DNA of 44,947 nucleotides from an uncultured delta proteobacterium (GCA_963731595.1 CAVSWE010000003.1:1-44947), one strand, 5' to 3'; positions 10,558 to 20,186 are shown, counted from the stretch's first letter. Notes: generated by a model from the sequence alone, not told the origin. Numbers and translations: made by a program.

Positions 10558-10645
10558 CGGCGTGCGCGGCGAACACACGTGGGCAGCGCTCATGGCCTCT
10601 CGACACCGTGACGCGGACGGCCTGCGGCGTCGTTCGCCGTGAGTT

Positions 10646-10999
10646 CTAACCGGTTAATCGACGCAACCGTCGGTGTGACGACAACCATGTGCGCGCATTG
10701 GGTTTGCGAACGCCGCCGTGGCGAAGCTGCCGAAGGTCGAGCCGCCCGCACCCGGTGTGCCCGGTCGCACCGAACGGCACGAACATGAGGCGCGCGTTAA
10801 CGGTCGACGATTTGGCGCGGGCGTACACCTTGGACGACGCGCGGAACATTCGGCAGACCGCATCTGTCACGTCCGCGCGTCGGGTCGCCTCCCTCGCTTC
10901 CTTGAGCCGCAACCCGGCGAGATCGAGCACGCGAATGAACGTGAGCGTGCTCAGCGCGCTCGCGTTCACCGTCGCGCCATTTTTTGACTCGTCGGCCAA
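10646..10999 (-). CDS. hypothetical small protein (TTG start), weak
   Basis: ORF 10646..10999. N-terminal half MADESKNGATVNASALSTLTFIRVLDLAGLRLKEAREA is protein-like. Confidence 0.2.
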   Translation of the reverse strand: MADESKNGATVNASALSTLTFIRVLDLAGLRLKEAREATRRADVTDAVCRMFRASSKVYARAKSSTVNARLMFVPFGATGHTGCGRLDLRQLRHGGVRKPNARTWLSSHRRLRRLTG

Positions 11000-11256
11000 G
11001 GGCGGCTAATGGCTTGAGGGTGGTGATCCACTCCGGTTGCGCGCCACGACCGTTTCCCAGCCGCGGGCGAGGCGCCGACCACACACGGCCAAGCGAGTTA
11101 CGGCGCGTCGATTCGTAGCGGTGGCGCCTGCTCGGAAGGCACCGCAGGCAAGATGGTGCTCCCGACGCGCGCGGCGAGGGGGGAAAAGCCAGCGCGCATC
11201 GGGAGCGAGATTAACCATACCCCTGCGCGGGAACGCACGCCATCGGCACCGGCCCG

Positions 11257-11391
11257 TCAGTTGGTGCAATAGGCGCTCGGCAGATCGCGGTAGCCACTGC
11301 AACAGTCGGGGTTCGCGTAGCAGTAATCGACGGTCGAGTTGTCCGGGATGCACCCGCACGATCCCTCCAAGGGGCAACGCCCGAACAACAC
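11257..11391 (-). CDS. small cysteine-rich peptide (VLFGRCPLEGSCGCIPDNSTVDYCYANPDCCSGYRDLPSAYCTN), GTG start, no signal peptide visible; homologous to the C-terminal module of the 14081..14749 protein
   Basis: Manual translation of the minus strand. 7 Cys in 43 aa. SCGC...DCC pattern shared with the 14.5 kb and 25.0 kb copies. Bounded upstream by TAG TGA. Confidence 0.35.
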   Translation of the reverse strand: MLFGRCPLEGSCGCIPDNSTVDYCYANPDCCSGYRDLPSAYCTN

Positions 11392-11514
11392 TGCTTCCGC
11401 GCCTGCTCACTAACGGCGCGCCAAAGTTCGGGCCTGCGGCTCACGGCCGTTTCCGTGTAACCGTACGGGGATGGACGCCGTGCGCGTTCGCCGCCGTCGC
11501 GATTCACTGCGGGC

Positions 11515-11835
11515 ATGAGGCACACGGCGGAGTGGTGGGCGAAGCGGGTGGCGGAGATTGCGCAGGCCGGGGACGCGCGCGCGGTCGCGCGGCGGCACGG
11601 GGTGAAGGAGCGGACGCTGATCTGGTGGCGTTCGGAGCTACATAGGCGAGCACGGGAATCGAGCCCGCGCCTGTTGCCGGTCGTAGTTCGGGCCGCGCCA
11701 GATCGCGCACCTGCGGTGCAGGTGGATCAGCTCGAGGTCTTCGTCGAGGTCGGCGCCGCGCGCATGACCCTGCGCGGCGCGGTGAGCGCCGAGCACCTCG
11801 CGGCGATCGTGTCGGCGTCGGCGCGCGCGTGCTGA
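11515..11835 (+). CDS. tnpA: IS66 TnpA (Orf1) accessory protein
   Basis: First ORF of the element. Identical ORF in copy 2 (22615..22935). Confidence 0.75.
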   Translation: MRHTAEWWAKRVAEIAQAGDARAVARRHGVKERTLIWWRSELHRRARESSPRLLPVVVRAAPDRAPAVQVDQLEVFVEVGAARMTLRGAVSAEHLAAIVSASARAC

Positions 11836-12194
11836 GCCTCGGGCCGGGCGTGCAGATCGTGCTCGCGAGCGAGCCGATCGATCTGCGCCGCGGGCACGAC
11901 GGGCTCGTGACGCTGGTTCGCTCGCTGTGGAAGGCCGATCCGTACAGTGGGACGCTGTTCGTGTTCTTCGGGCGCCGCATGGACCGCGTGAAGATCCTGT
12001 TCTTCAGCGCGGGCGGGTTCGTTCTTTATTACAAGCGCCTCGAGCGGGGGCGCTTCTCGATGCCGCGCATCCCCGAGGGCGCCTCCCAGGTCGTGCTCGA
12101 CCCGGCCTCGCTCACGATGTTGCTCGACGGCATCGATCTTCGCGCCGTGCATCGCGCACCCATGTGGCAGCCGGCCGCGAGAGAAAGTGCATAA
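11829..12194 (+). CDS. tnpB: IS66 TnpB (Orf2)
   Basis: ...TLFVFFGRRMDRVKILFFSAGGFVLYYKRLERGRFSMP..., typical IS66 Orf2. Confidence 0.85.
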   Translation: MLSLGPGVQIVLASEPIDLRRGHDGLVTLVRSLWKADPYSGTLFVFFGRRMDRVKILFFSAGGFVLYYKRLERGRFSMPRIPEGASQVVLDPASLTMLLDGIDLRAVHRAPMWQPAARESA

Positions 12195-12236
12195 AGGGGA
12201 TCGACACGGCACGCGCGTCATGATCAAAGCTGTCTG

Positions 12237-13691
12237 TTGGTTCCGCCTCCCGACGACGACAACGAGCACGGCTGCGCCTGGCGCGATTACGCCAAGCACC
12301 TCGGCACCCAGCTCGAGGTGATGCAGGCCGAGATGGAGGTGCTCAAGCGCGCCTTCGCCAAGCGCTCCGAGAAGATGGGCAAGATGCCGAGGGTCCCGCG
12401 ACCTCCGCGCACGCCCGCGGAGGCCGCGGACCGCCGCACCGAGCAGGCGCTGCTCCGCGCCGACAAGGTCGTCACCGAGGAGAAGACCGAGCCTGTCCCC
12501 GCGGAGCTCAAGAAGTGCAGCCTCTGCGGCGGCACTGACTTCCGCAGCGTCGGCACGGGCAAGCCGTCGGAGATCTACTCCTACGTCCCGGGTTATTTCC
12601 GACGCGTCGTCCACACGCGCGAGGTCGTCGCGTGCCGCTGCGGTGGCTGCGTCGTCACCGCGCCCGCGCCCGAGCGCTGGGCCGACAAGACGCGCTACGA
12701 CTCGAGCTTCGTCGCTCACCTCGTCGTCTCCAAGTGCCTCGTCGTCACGCCCCTCTACAGGCTCGAGCAGTCCTTCGCGCGCCTCGGCATGCCCGTCGCG
12801 CGGAGCACCATGAATGATTTCTTTCGCCGAGCCGGCCTTAAGCTCGAGCCGCTCCGCGCCCCGCTCTTCGAGGCGATCAAGAAGGACTTCCTCGTCCACG
12901 CCGACGAGACCTCCTTCAAGATGACCAAGCAAACCTCGAAGGCGTTCATGTGGGCCTTCGTCGGCCGCAGCCTCACCGGCTACCGATTCGACCTCACGCG
13001 CAGCGGCGACGTACCCATCGATGTGCTCGGCGACTCCACCGGTGCCCTCCTCTGCGACGACTACCGCGGCTACGACCCGCTCGTGAAGAAGGGAAAGCGC
13101 CAGCGGTGCGGCTGCCACGCCCACGCACGGAGAAAGTTCTTCGAGGCCGGCGACGTCCCCGAGGCGAAGGAGGCCCTCGAGCTGATCGGCGGCCTGTACT
13201 GCGTCGAGCACGAGGCCGAGCGACAAGAGATCGTCGGCTCGCCCGAGCATCTGGCGCTGCGCCGCGAGTACGCCCGTCCGCTCTTCGTGCGGCTCCTGCT
13301 GCTCGCGCGCGAGATCCGGCGCGCGCACGGGCCCAAGACGCTCCTCGGTCGCGCCGCGCGTTACACCTGGCACAACCAGCGCGAGCTCGGACGCTTCCTC
13401 CGCGACGTGCGCATCCCGCTGGACAACAACCCCGCCGAAAATGCCCTCCGCGTCGTCGCGCTCGGCCGAAAGAATTTCCTCTTCGTCCACAGCGAGGACG
13501 CAGGCAAGGAGCTCGCGCTCCTCTACTCGCTCGTCGTCTCCTGCACGCGCGTCGGCGTCAACCCGGTCGAATACCTCGCCGATGTCCTCGACCGAATCGA
13601 CAAGACTGCCGACGACCACTACGTCGACCTGCTCCCCGATCGCTGGAAGCCACCACCCAAGCCTGGTCCGGCGACGATTTTCGACCCGTAG
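12237..13691 (+). CDS. tnpC: IS66-family transposase TnpC (intact in this copy)
   Basis: 484-aa ORF with zinc-finger CSLCGG...CRCGGC and a DDE region. Near-identical to copies 2 and 3. Confidence 0.9.
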   Translation: MVPPPDDDNEHGCAWRDYAKHLGTQLEVMQAEMEVLKRAFAKRSEKMGKMPRVPRPPRTPAEAADRRTEQALLRADKVVTEEKTEPVPAELKKCSLCGGTDFRSVGTGKPSEIYSYVPGYFRRVVHTREVVACRCGGCVVTAPAPERWADKTRYDSSFVAHLVVSKCLVVTPLYRLEQSFARLGMPVARSTMNDFFRRAGLKLEPLRAPLFEAIKKDFLVHADETSFKMTKQTSKAFMWAFVGRSLTGYRFDLTRSGDVPIDVLGDSTGALLCDDYRGYDPLVKKGKRQRCGCHAHARRKFFEAGDVPEAKEALELIGGLYCVEHEAERQEIVGSPEHLALRREYARPLFVRLLLLAREIRRAHGPKTLLGRAARYTWHNQRELGRFLRDVRIPLDNNPAENALRVVALGRKNFLFVHSEDAGKELALLYSLVVSCTRVGVNPVEYLADVLDRIDKTADDHYVDLLPDRWKPPPKPGPATIFDP

Positions 13692-13783
13692 CGCATCCTG
13701 GGACTGCGGGATCTGCCTTTTAGGCCGATGCCCGTACGGTTACGTTTCCGTGGGCGCCCGGGTCGCCGGGCGCGCGACGCCGG

Positions 13784-14020
13784 TTATTCGAGCAGCGACC
13801 GCGTCGTGACGCCGAGAAGATTTGCGATGCGCACGAGCGTGCCGACGGTGGTGTTCTCCCCGCGCTCGAACCGCTGCCAACTCTGGACCTCAATCCCGAG
13901 TTTGTCCGCCGCCTTTTGTTGCGTCCACCCGCGGGCGCGGCGCGCCTCCGCAATGCGACGGCGAGATCCCCTCGATGACCGCATCGGCGTCTTCGCTTGC
14001 CACCCAAGAGTAAAGACCAC
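13784..14020 (-). CDS. XRE-family HTH transcriptional regulator
   Basis: ARGWTQQKAADKLGIEVQSWQRFERGENTTVGTLVRIANLLGV is a Cro/C1-type HTH. Divergent from the Cys-rich protein gene, with an AT-rich spacer between. Confidence 0.6.
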   Translation of the reverse strand: MVFTLGWQAKTPMRSSRGSRRRIAEARRARGWTQQKAADKLGIEVQSWQRFERGENTTVGTLVRIANLLGVTTRSLLE

Positions 14021-14080
14021 CGTTCTTAAAAAATTTGTTCCCGTTCTGCTCGAGCGGCGAAACCGACGAGGAGGAAGCCG

Positions 14081-14749
14081 ATGAATTTCCGCGCGACCCT
14101 AGCGTCCGTTCTGTTCTCCGCCGTGACGTTCGTCGCGGTGGCCCCCACGATGAACTGCTCCAACGGCCCGGCATTCAACGTCGACGCCGGAAGCGATGGC
14201 GGCAAGGAGCCGGAACTCGGCGCGAATCCAGGAGCGTGCCCCAGACCTGCCAATCGTGCCTCACCGGCTCCTCGTCGAACGAGTGCGCGAACAAGGCGAA
14301 GGTCTGCAACGAAAATCCGAACTGCGTCGCCCTGAACACCTGCGTGAACAACTGTGCGAGCGTGAACTCCGGGTGCGTGAACAACTGCGCCGATGCGGCT
14401 TCCAACGACGTCCAGTCGGAGTGGCTCGGTTGGTACAACTGCACGTGCACGAGTTGCGACTCGCAGTGCTCGTCCGCGTTCTGCTTTGCGGCCACGCCCG
14501 CCGACGCAGGCAAAGACAGCGCACCTCCGACGTGCGCGCCGGATAGATCGGGATGCTCAGCGGACAGCCAGTGCTGCCGCAGGACTCTGCTCAACGGGCG
14601 ACTCGACTTGCGGCTGTGTGGACGACCTGTCGACGGGTTGCGGGGTCAATACCGACTGCTGTCTCGCGACCGACACCTGCATCAGTGGCGTCTGCCGGTG
14701 GTCTGGGGGGCTAAGAGGGTGCGTGGGGCTACAGTATCGAACTGCGTAG
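14081..14749 (+). CDS. secreted cysteine-rich protein (signal peptide MNFRATLASVLFSAVTFVAVAPT, >30 Cys), two frameshifts in this copy
   Basis: Strong SD GAGGAGGA before the ATG at 14081. Body in ORF 14035..14793 frame. C-terminus in ORF 14393..14749 frame. The paralogous fragment at 24843..25145 reads through where this copy has a 1-nt insertion near 14583. Confidence 0.5.
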
Positions 14750-14778
14750 CACTGAATGATGGCCTCCCCTGGCTTCGT

Positions 14779-16167
14779 CCCGAGCGCCGTTGAATTTGGG
14801 TGGCGGCGAACAGTCAATTACGCGGCCTTCCTCGTCGAGTCAACGAACGCCGGCTCGGCGCTTTAGCGTCGTGAGCGCGGAGCGCGGCAACGAGCTTCGG
14901 CATGCCCTTGTGGCCGCGCAGCTTGCGGAAGGTCTTCGACGCCTCGATGACGGCAACGGCGAGCCAGCGCATCACCATCGTGCCGCCGTCCCACTTGCGC
15001 GACGTTGCGGGTGTTCTGCCGGATTCGCCCGTTGATGAATCGATCGGGTTTGTGGTCGACAGCGTCCGCGCGAGGCTTGCATCAAGCTCGAGACGCATCA
15101 CGGTCAGGGTCTCGTCGAGCCCTTCGCGGAGCGAGGCGGCGGCCGACGGATGCTTTCGTTCGAGCTGCGCGCGAGGCCCTCGAGCATGCGCTTCGCGCGC
15201 GTGCGTTGCCGCTCTGGTAGGCGGCCGAGATCGTGCGGCCGGCCTTCCGCTTCATCGCCTCGGGCATGGTCCTCGACGTTGCGCCGCTTGTGGACCTGGC
15301 AGCGCTCGATCATGGCGCGCGCCGCCGAACTTCCGCGGATCGCCTTGCGAGCGCTTGCTGCCGTCGATGACGAAGAGCGTCGCGCGGTCGGTGCGTAGCC
15401 GCGGCCTCCAGATCGGAGAGCAGACCGTCGCAGGACGTCGTGTTCTCCGCCGCGCCCTCGTAGAGGCCGAGCACGTGTTTGTCGCCGTGCTCGTCGATAC
15501 CCAGCGCGACCAGACGAGGTGTTCGTCGACGTGGATGCCGTCGATCATGAGCGCGCAGAGAGCCAGCTTGCCGAGGTCGCGGCCCATCAACTCTGCGAGT
15601 TTCTGTTTCGTAGCTGCAACGAATCGACGGCTCACCGCGCTCCGGCTCGTACCGCGCGACGCGAGCCCCGGCGGCGCGGGCTCGATCGAGCGCGCGTACT
15701 TCCGCGTCGAGACGCCGAGCACCATTTGCTCGACGGCGCGCGGCGTGAGCGGGTCCGCCTCGGCAAACTGCTCCCACGTCTCGAGCTTCATCTCGCGACC
15801 ATCGACGCTGTGCACCCGCGGTCGGCGAACGCGCACGCGTTGACCGCCGAGCGCGAGCTCGCCGGCGGCATGCCCGAATCTCCTAGCGCTACGCTCCGGC
15901 TGATCGGGCGTATCGCGGGCCGCAGAGCTTCGTCCGTTCCTCCTCCAGCATCGCCCCGAGCACGGTCATCCCCGCGCTCACGATGGCGTCATGCAGCGTG
16001 GCTCGGGCGTCGATCATCGCGGCGAGCGCGAGCTGGGGCGTCGTCTCTTGGCGGCGCGTCCTCTTCCTGGCAGTGTCCTTCATCGGCGGTTCCTTTCGGG
16101 TTAAGCACCTCGATCTTGCGATCGGGGCCGGTGGAACCGCCACCTTCAAGTTTCAACAGAGTCCGGG
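14779..16167 (-). mobile_element. IS256-family (mutator-type) insertion sequence, degenerate
   Basis: Imperfect terminal inverted repeats CCCGAGCGCCGTTGAATTTGGGTGGCG (14779-) and CGCCACCTTCAAGTTTCAACAGAGTCCGGG (-16167). A frameshifted IS256 transposase lies between them. Confidence 0.6.
14814..16149 (-). pseudogene. IS256-family transposase, at least 3 frameshifts
   Basis: Pieces 15889..16149 (AMLEEERTKLCGPRYARS), 15252..15836 (LCALMIDGIHVDEHLV), 15104..15313 (IERCQVHKRRNV) and 14814..15101 (TTNPIDS...). The motifs follow the IS256 transposase order. Confidence 0.65.
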
Positions 16168-16279
16168 ACGACGCCAGCCTCCCTTGTCGCGATGCTTATG
16201 TGTTCTGTGTTCCGACGTGTTCCGACGAACAGTGCATGCCATTTCGCGCCTCTGCACGCCGACGACGTACCGCCTCGAT

Positions 16280-16810
16280 TCAGTCATCGCCTCGATAGTC
16301 AGTCGGATCGATGCATTTGTCGTAAGTCTCTTTGTCGAAATCGGACCCACCGAGTCCGCTCGATGCCGCGGTCGAGCTTCTTATCTGACAGCTTGGGGAA
16401 GACGGTTACGAGCGAGATCCACCGGCCACCCTCGCTTGCAATTACTTTCACTTCATCCGTAGCTTCAGAGAGATCCTGATCCTGGCTAAAAATCAGCGCG
16501 ACATCGTACTCGTTTGCCGCGCCAGTTTCACGATGTCGATTGCTATTCTGACGTCGATGCCCTTCTCTTGCCCTCGATCGTCTCTCTCTTTGCCGCAGGT
16601 CACGCAGGTAATGCGTTGCTCTGAATCACAGTTCGCGCACCGAAACATTTGCGGTCGATAACGAAGGCTTCGCGTGAAAACGTGCACACCATGCGCGCGC
16701 ATTGATGTGACCTTCCGCCGCCCAGAACGAGCTACGGCTGGGATCGCGCTATGAGATTCGGAATGCCAGTGTAGAAGCGAACGCTGGCCTATTCCAGCCA
16801 TCGGCAGCAT
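16280..16810 (-). pseudogene. NYN-domain (LabA-like) protein fragment with inserted zinc ribbon, frameshifted
   Basis: EKGIDVRIAIDIVKLA and ...YDVALIFSQDQDLSEATDEVKVIASEGGRWISLV match the NYN C-terminal half. CANCDSEQRITCVTCG ribbon. The N-terminal catalytic part was not found. Confidence 0.35.
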
Positions 16811-16974
16811 TCATCTCCCCAATCGCGTCGGCCAGCCTAAAACCTCGTAGTTCGGAAACGTGTACCCCCACTCCGTCTTGACGGAGTTGAATAGGTTCAT
16901 GCCATCCACAAAGGCGACCACTCGCTTCGTCTCAGGGCTGTCGGGTGGTTCAGGCACGCCGCTTCATGCTAACG

Positions 16975-17022
16975 CAAAAGCAAAAAAAAACCCCGCCCGA
17001 GCCCTTTCGGCAGGGAGCGGGG
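16975..17022 (-). terminator. possible intrinsic terminator (GC-rich hairpin followed by a U9 run, minus-strand sense)
   Basis: Plus strand reads aaaaaaaaaccccgcccgagccctttcggcagggagcgggg. The stem is imperfect. Confidence 0.2.
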
Positions 17023-17172
17023 ACCAATTGCTTCGCAACGTAGCGACGTGGGCCTCGTTTGCAAGCGTCTCCCGAGCACATTCTCCCGGACACGTCTAAG
17101 GTCCTGAATTTGCAGGTATTACAGCGGCGCACGGACTTGACTGCGCACTCGGATGCACTACAATCAGAGTGC

Positions 17173-17674
17173 ATGGGCGACTCGACTACGCTAACCATCC
17201 GAATCACCGATGAACTGAAGTCCCAGCTCGAGCGGTCCGCCACAAGCGCAGACCAAACGGTCACGGAGTTTGTGACTCGTGCAATCAAGAAACGGATGGT
17301 GGGTCAATGCCCAACTTGCGGACGTTCTGATTATCAGTTGTGCCCAGGATTCGTGCCCTCCTTTGAGGCGTTCGTACACGCTAACAAGGGAGAGTTCACA
17401 CCGATCACGGTGAGCGTGCTCGAGGGCACCGAGCGGCGTGCTTACCACGGTCGCGTACGCTTCGATCTGCCACAGAACGAGGGAATGCTTTTCCTCTTCA
17501 TCGACACGCCGAAATCGCAGCCGCGGGACGGCGGAGACCGCGATCCCGCGAGGTCTTGTTACCGGCTGGGCTCGCGACCAAGATGGCAGGCACTTTGTAA
17601 CCCTGCTCGGCCTTGGATACACGAATGGCAACGAGTGGGCTGTTCGTGGTTGGGCCATCACGCGGAGTCGTTGA
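17173..17674 (+). CDS. ribbon-helix-helix (CopG-like) plus zinc-ribbon protein, one frameshift near 17540
   Basis: MGDSTTLTIRITDELKSQLERSATSADQTVTEFVTRAIKK (RHH) and CPTCGRSDYQLC. C-terminus from ORF 17438..17674. Confidence 0.45.
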
Positions 17675-18230
17675 CTGCCGCCTCCGCCGCGGCGGCGGCG
17701 ATGGCTCGCCAATCTTAGGTACCCTCCGACCCGCAGCTCGTGCCGCACCACGTGAACCCGGTCCATTCTGAGCATCCTTCCGCGGCCTTTGCCCGTTTGT
17801 CGGGGATACCGGGTGGATACGGTCGATGTGCAGGTCGTCCAGCACGACGCCGACCGCACGCCGACACGTTCGTGCACACCATGCTGCCACATCGGCACGA
17901 GATATCCGCTGGTTGCCATCGACGACATCCCGAGGTTCGCGATGTCGCGCCGGCGCAAGCACGTGCCCGGCCAGCCGGTCACACCGGTGATCGCGGCAGA
18001 TCTCGATCAGTAGCCGCGTGTTGTCGTCGGCCGTTACCGGCGAGCACTGCCCGTGCTCGACGTCGAAGCTCGCCGACGGACGCGACGGGGGTCATGGCGC
18101 CTGCATCGACGTGCGCACCTCCCGCACGGCTCAACCGTTCGGTGCGCTTGTCCTGAAATGATGCGACTGAACGTCAGTGCTTCGTAGATTGTTGACAATC
18201 GCCGCACCGGTCGAATAATGTCCAGCATGC

Positions 18231-18530
18231 ATGAGGGTTCTGTTCCGAGATGCCCGTCTGGCGGTCATTCGCACCGAACAACTCGGTCTGCCGGTCCAGG
18301 TCGTCCAATCGGTTCGCAAAAAGCTCGTCGTCCTCGATGCAGCTCCCGACGAACGCACCCTCCGCAACTGGAAGAGTCTGCATTTCGAGAAGCTGTCCGG
18401 AGACCGCGATGGTCAGCAATCCATCCGCATCAACGACAAGTGGCGCCTGGTCTTCGTACTCGACCTCACCACCGAGCCGCCGACAATCGAGATCATCGCA
18501 ATCGAGAACCACCAGGTGAAGGAGGAATCG
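18231..18530 (+). CDS. higB: HigB-like (RelE/ParE superfamily) toxin
   Basis: ...LRNWKSLHFEKLSGDRDGQQSIRINDKWRLVFVLDLTTEPPTIEIIAIENHQ. The ORF then reads on in the wrong frame. Confidence 0.7.
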
Positions 18531-18892
18531 CCTATCTGGACGTTCACAACAACATCGACATCCCGCCGCCCGGCGATTTCATCCGGGAGGAATTGGAGGC
18601 CAGGGGGTGGCTTCAGAGGGATTTGGCTTACGTTTTGGGGGTCCCGGAGCAGTCGGTCAACATGTTGGTCGCGGGCAAGCGCGGCGTGACCGCGGATATG
18701 GCTCGCGCGCTTGGTGACGCCTTCGATGTGGCCCCGGAGTTTTTCCTCAATCTTCAGACCGCGTTTGATCTCTCCCGCGCGAAACGACCGGCGTCGGATG
18801 TCGCACGCCGGGCACGGTTGCAGTCCGCAATACCCCGTACGCGAGATGATCAAACGCGGTTGGATTCACGACGGCGATGTCGCTCAGCTTGA
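18530..18892 (+). CDS. higA: HigA-like XRE-HTH antitoxin; start obscured by a frameshift; possibly fused to the downstream peptidase
   Basis: PPPGDFIREELEARGWLQRDLAYVLGVPEQSVNMLVAGKRGVTADMARALGDAFDVAPEFFLNLQTAFDL. No in-frame start codon upstream. Confidence 0.6.
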   Translation, partial: AYLDVHNNIDIPPPGDFIREELEARGWLQRDLAYVLGVPEQSVNMLVAGKRGVTADMARALGDAFDVAPEFFLNLQTAFDLSRAKRPASDVARRARLQSAIPRTRDDQTRLDSRRRCRSA

Positions 18893-19654
18893 GAAGCAGA
18901 TGGCCACGTTTCTTGAGGTCACAACGTGGAGGACACCCCTGCTTTCAGCCATGCGGCGAAGAAGACCGACTATGACGAGCGCGCCCCGGCACCGCAGTTC
19001 GTGTGGCTTTATCGGGTGCGCCAGATCGCGCGGCAGATGGTCGTTCCTCGGTATTCGGAACCGGCGCTGCGCGCAGCACTCACGAAGTTACGGAGTCTGA
19101 TGACCGCGCCAGAAGAGACGCGGCATGTGCCCCGCATTCTGTCTGAATGTGGTGTCCGATTCGCCATCGTAGAGTTTCTTCCTGGTTCAAAGATCGATGG
19201 TGTTTGTTTTTGGCTGGACAACTCTCCAGTCATTGGCATGTCTCTGCGACACGACCGCATCGACAACTTCTGGTTCGTGATTCGGCACGAGATTGAACAC
19301 GTACTGCGCGAACACGCGATGGATCAGCCCATCTTCGATGATCTGGATGGTGCGGGAGCCGGACTCGATGATTCCGTCCCCCAACAGGAACGAGAGGCCA
19401 ACGCTGCGGCGGCGGACTTTGCCGTCCCGACAACAAAGCTCGATTCGTTCGTTGCGCGGAAGGCGCCGTACATCTCGGAACGAGATATCGTGAGCCTCGC
19501 CACTCTGCTTCAGGTTCATCCGGGCATCGTTGCCGGTCGTGTCCGTTGGAAGCTCGACAACTGGAAGATCTTTTCAAAGCTTTTCGTCAAGATCCGCGCG
19601 TGCGTGACCGCGACTGCGGTCGTCGATGGCTGGGGCCATGTGGCCAACGGATAA
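18846..19654 (+). CDS. ImmA/IrrE-family (COG2856) zinc metallopeptidase, HEIEH motif, one frameshift near 18925
   Basis: ORF 18926..19654 has FVIRHEIEHVL. The N-terminal MIKRGWIHDGDVAQLEKQMATFLEVTT is in another frame. Confidence 0.65.
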
Positions 19655-19665
19655 GGAATAGACGT

Positions 19666-20139
19666 ATGACAACGTACAACGAGCAACTGCAAAACCTGTG
19701 GCATAGGTACGAGCGCGCAAACGGCGGCATCCCGGCCGCTCCGCGTGAGGTCGTTGAGTGGGCCTTGCGGAAAGGACTCCTGGAGGCGCCACGCTTTGAT
19801 CCCCGCGACGCACTCGCGGAGGAGATGGCGCGGGCGTTGCGCGAAGAATACAAGACCGACGCCAACGGCCGTCGTTATCGCGTGAACCACGCAATACGGA
19901 TCACCAAAGGCGGGGTGCAGATGTCTCTTTGGGCGTCTCTCGACAGCGCGCCGCGCGACCACATGGTCAAGGCGTTTGCCCAGCGGCGCCGCCAAATCGT
20001 CGGCGACTGCATACAACTACAAACGGACGTGGATGTGTACAACGAGCGGCACGAGAATGCCGAACCCATTCAGATGGTGCTCGACTTCACCGAAGACGTG
20101 GCCGAGGCCAAGGTCTTGATGGACCACCGAGCGGCGTGA
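19666..20139 (+). CDS. hypothetical protein (157 aa)
   Basis: ATG with SD AAGGA. Clean protein-like ORF MTTYNEQLQNLWHRYERANGG... Confidence 0.5.
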   Translation: MTTYNEQLQNLWHRYERANGGIPAAPREVVEWALRKGLLEAPRFDPRDALAEEMARALREEYKTDANGRRYRVNHAIRITKGGVQMSLWASLDSAPRDHMVKAFAQRRRQIVGDCIQLQTDVDVYNERHENAEPIQMVLDFTEDVAEAKVLMDHRAA

Positions 20140-20186
20140 GCGAGTCAGACTTGTGCAGACGATCGTCGGTGGAAGCGAGGTTTACA

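Larger units (their letters stand above)
11457..13743 (+). mobile_element. IS66-family insertion sequence, copy 1 (tnpA-tnpB-tnpC), terminal inverted repeats GTAACCGTACGGG, 8-bp target duplication GTTTCCGT
   Basis: Left end gtaaccgtacgggg and right end cccgtacggttac. gtttccgt is present at 11449-11456 and again at 13744-13751. Ends were defined by comparison with copies 2 and 3. Confidence 0.85.

Noticed and set aside
11006-11525. ORFs 11006..11410 and 11211..11525 (minus)
   Set aside because: Arg-rich alternative frames over the same DNA as the Cys-rich peptide. The third frame gives the conserved SCGC...DCC module and is preferred.
11727-13619. 630-aa minus-strand ORF, with twins at 22827..24473 and 41665..42435
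   Set aside because: Antisense to the IS66 tnpB and tnpC genes. Extreme Arg/Ala/Glu/Leu composition typical of high-GC antisense frames. Identical in every IS copy only because the IS is repeated.
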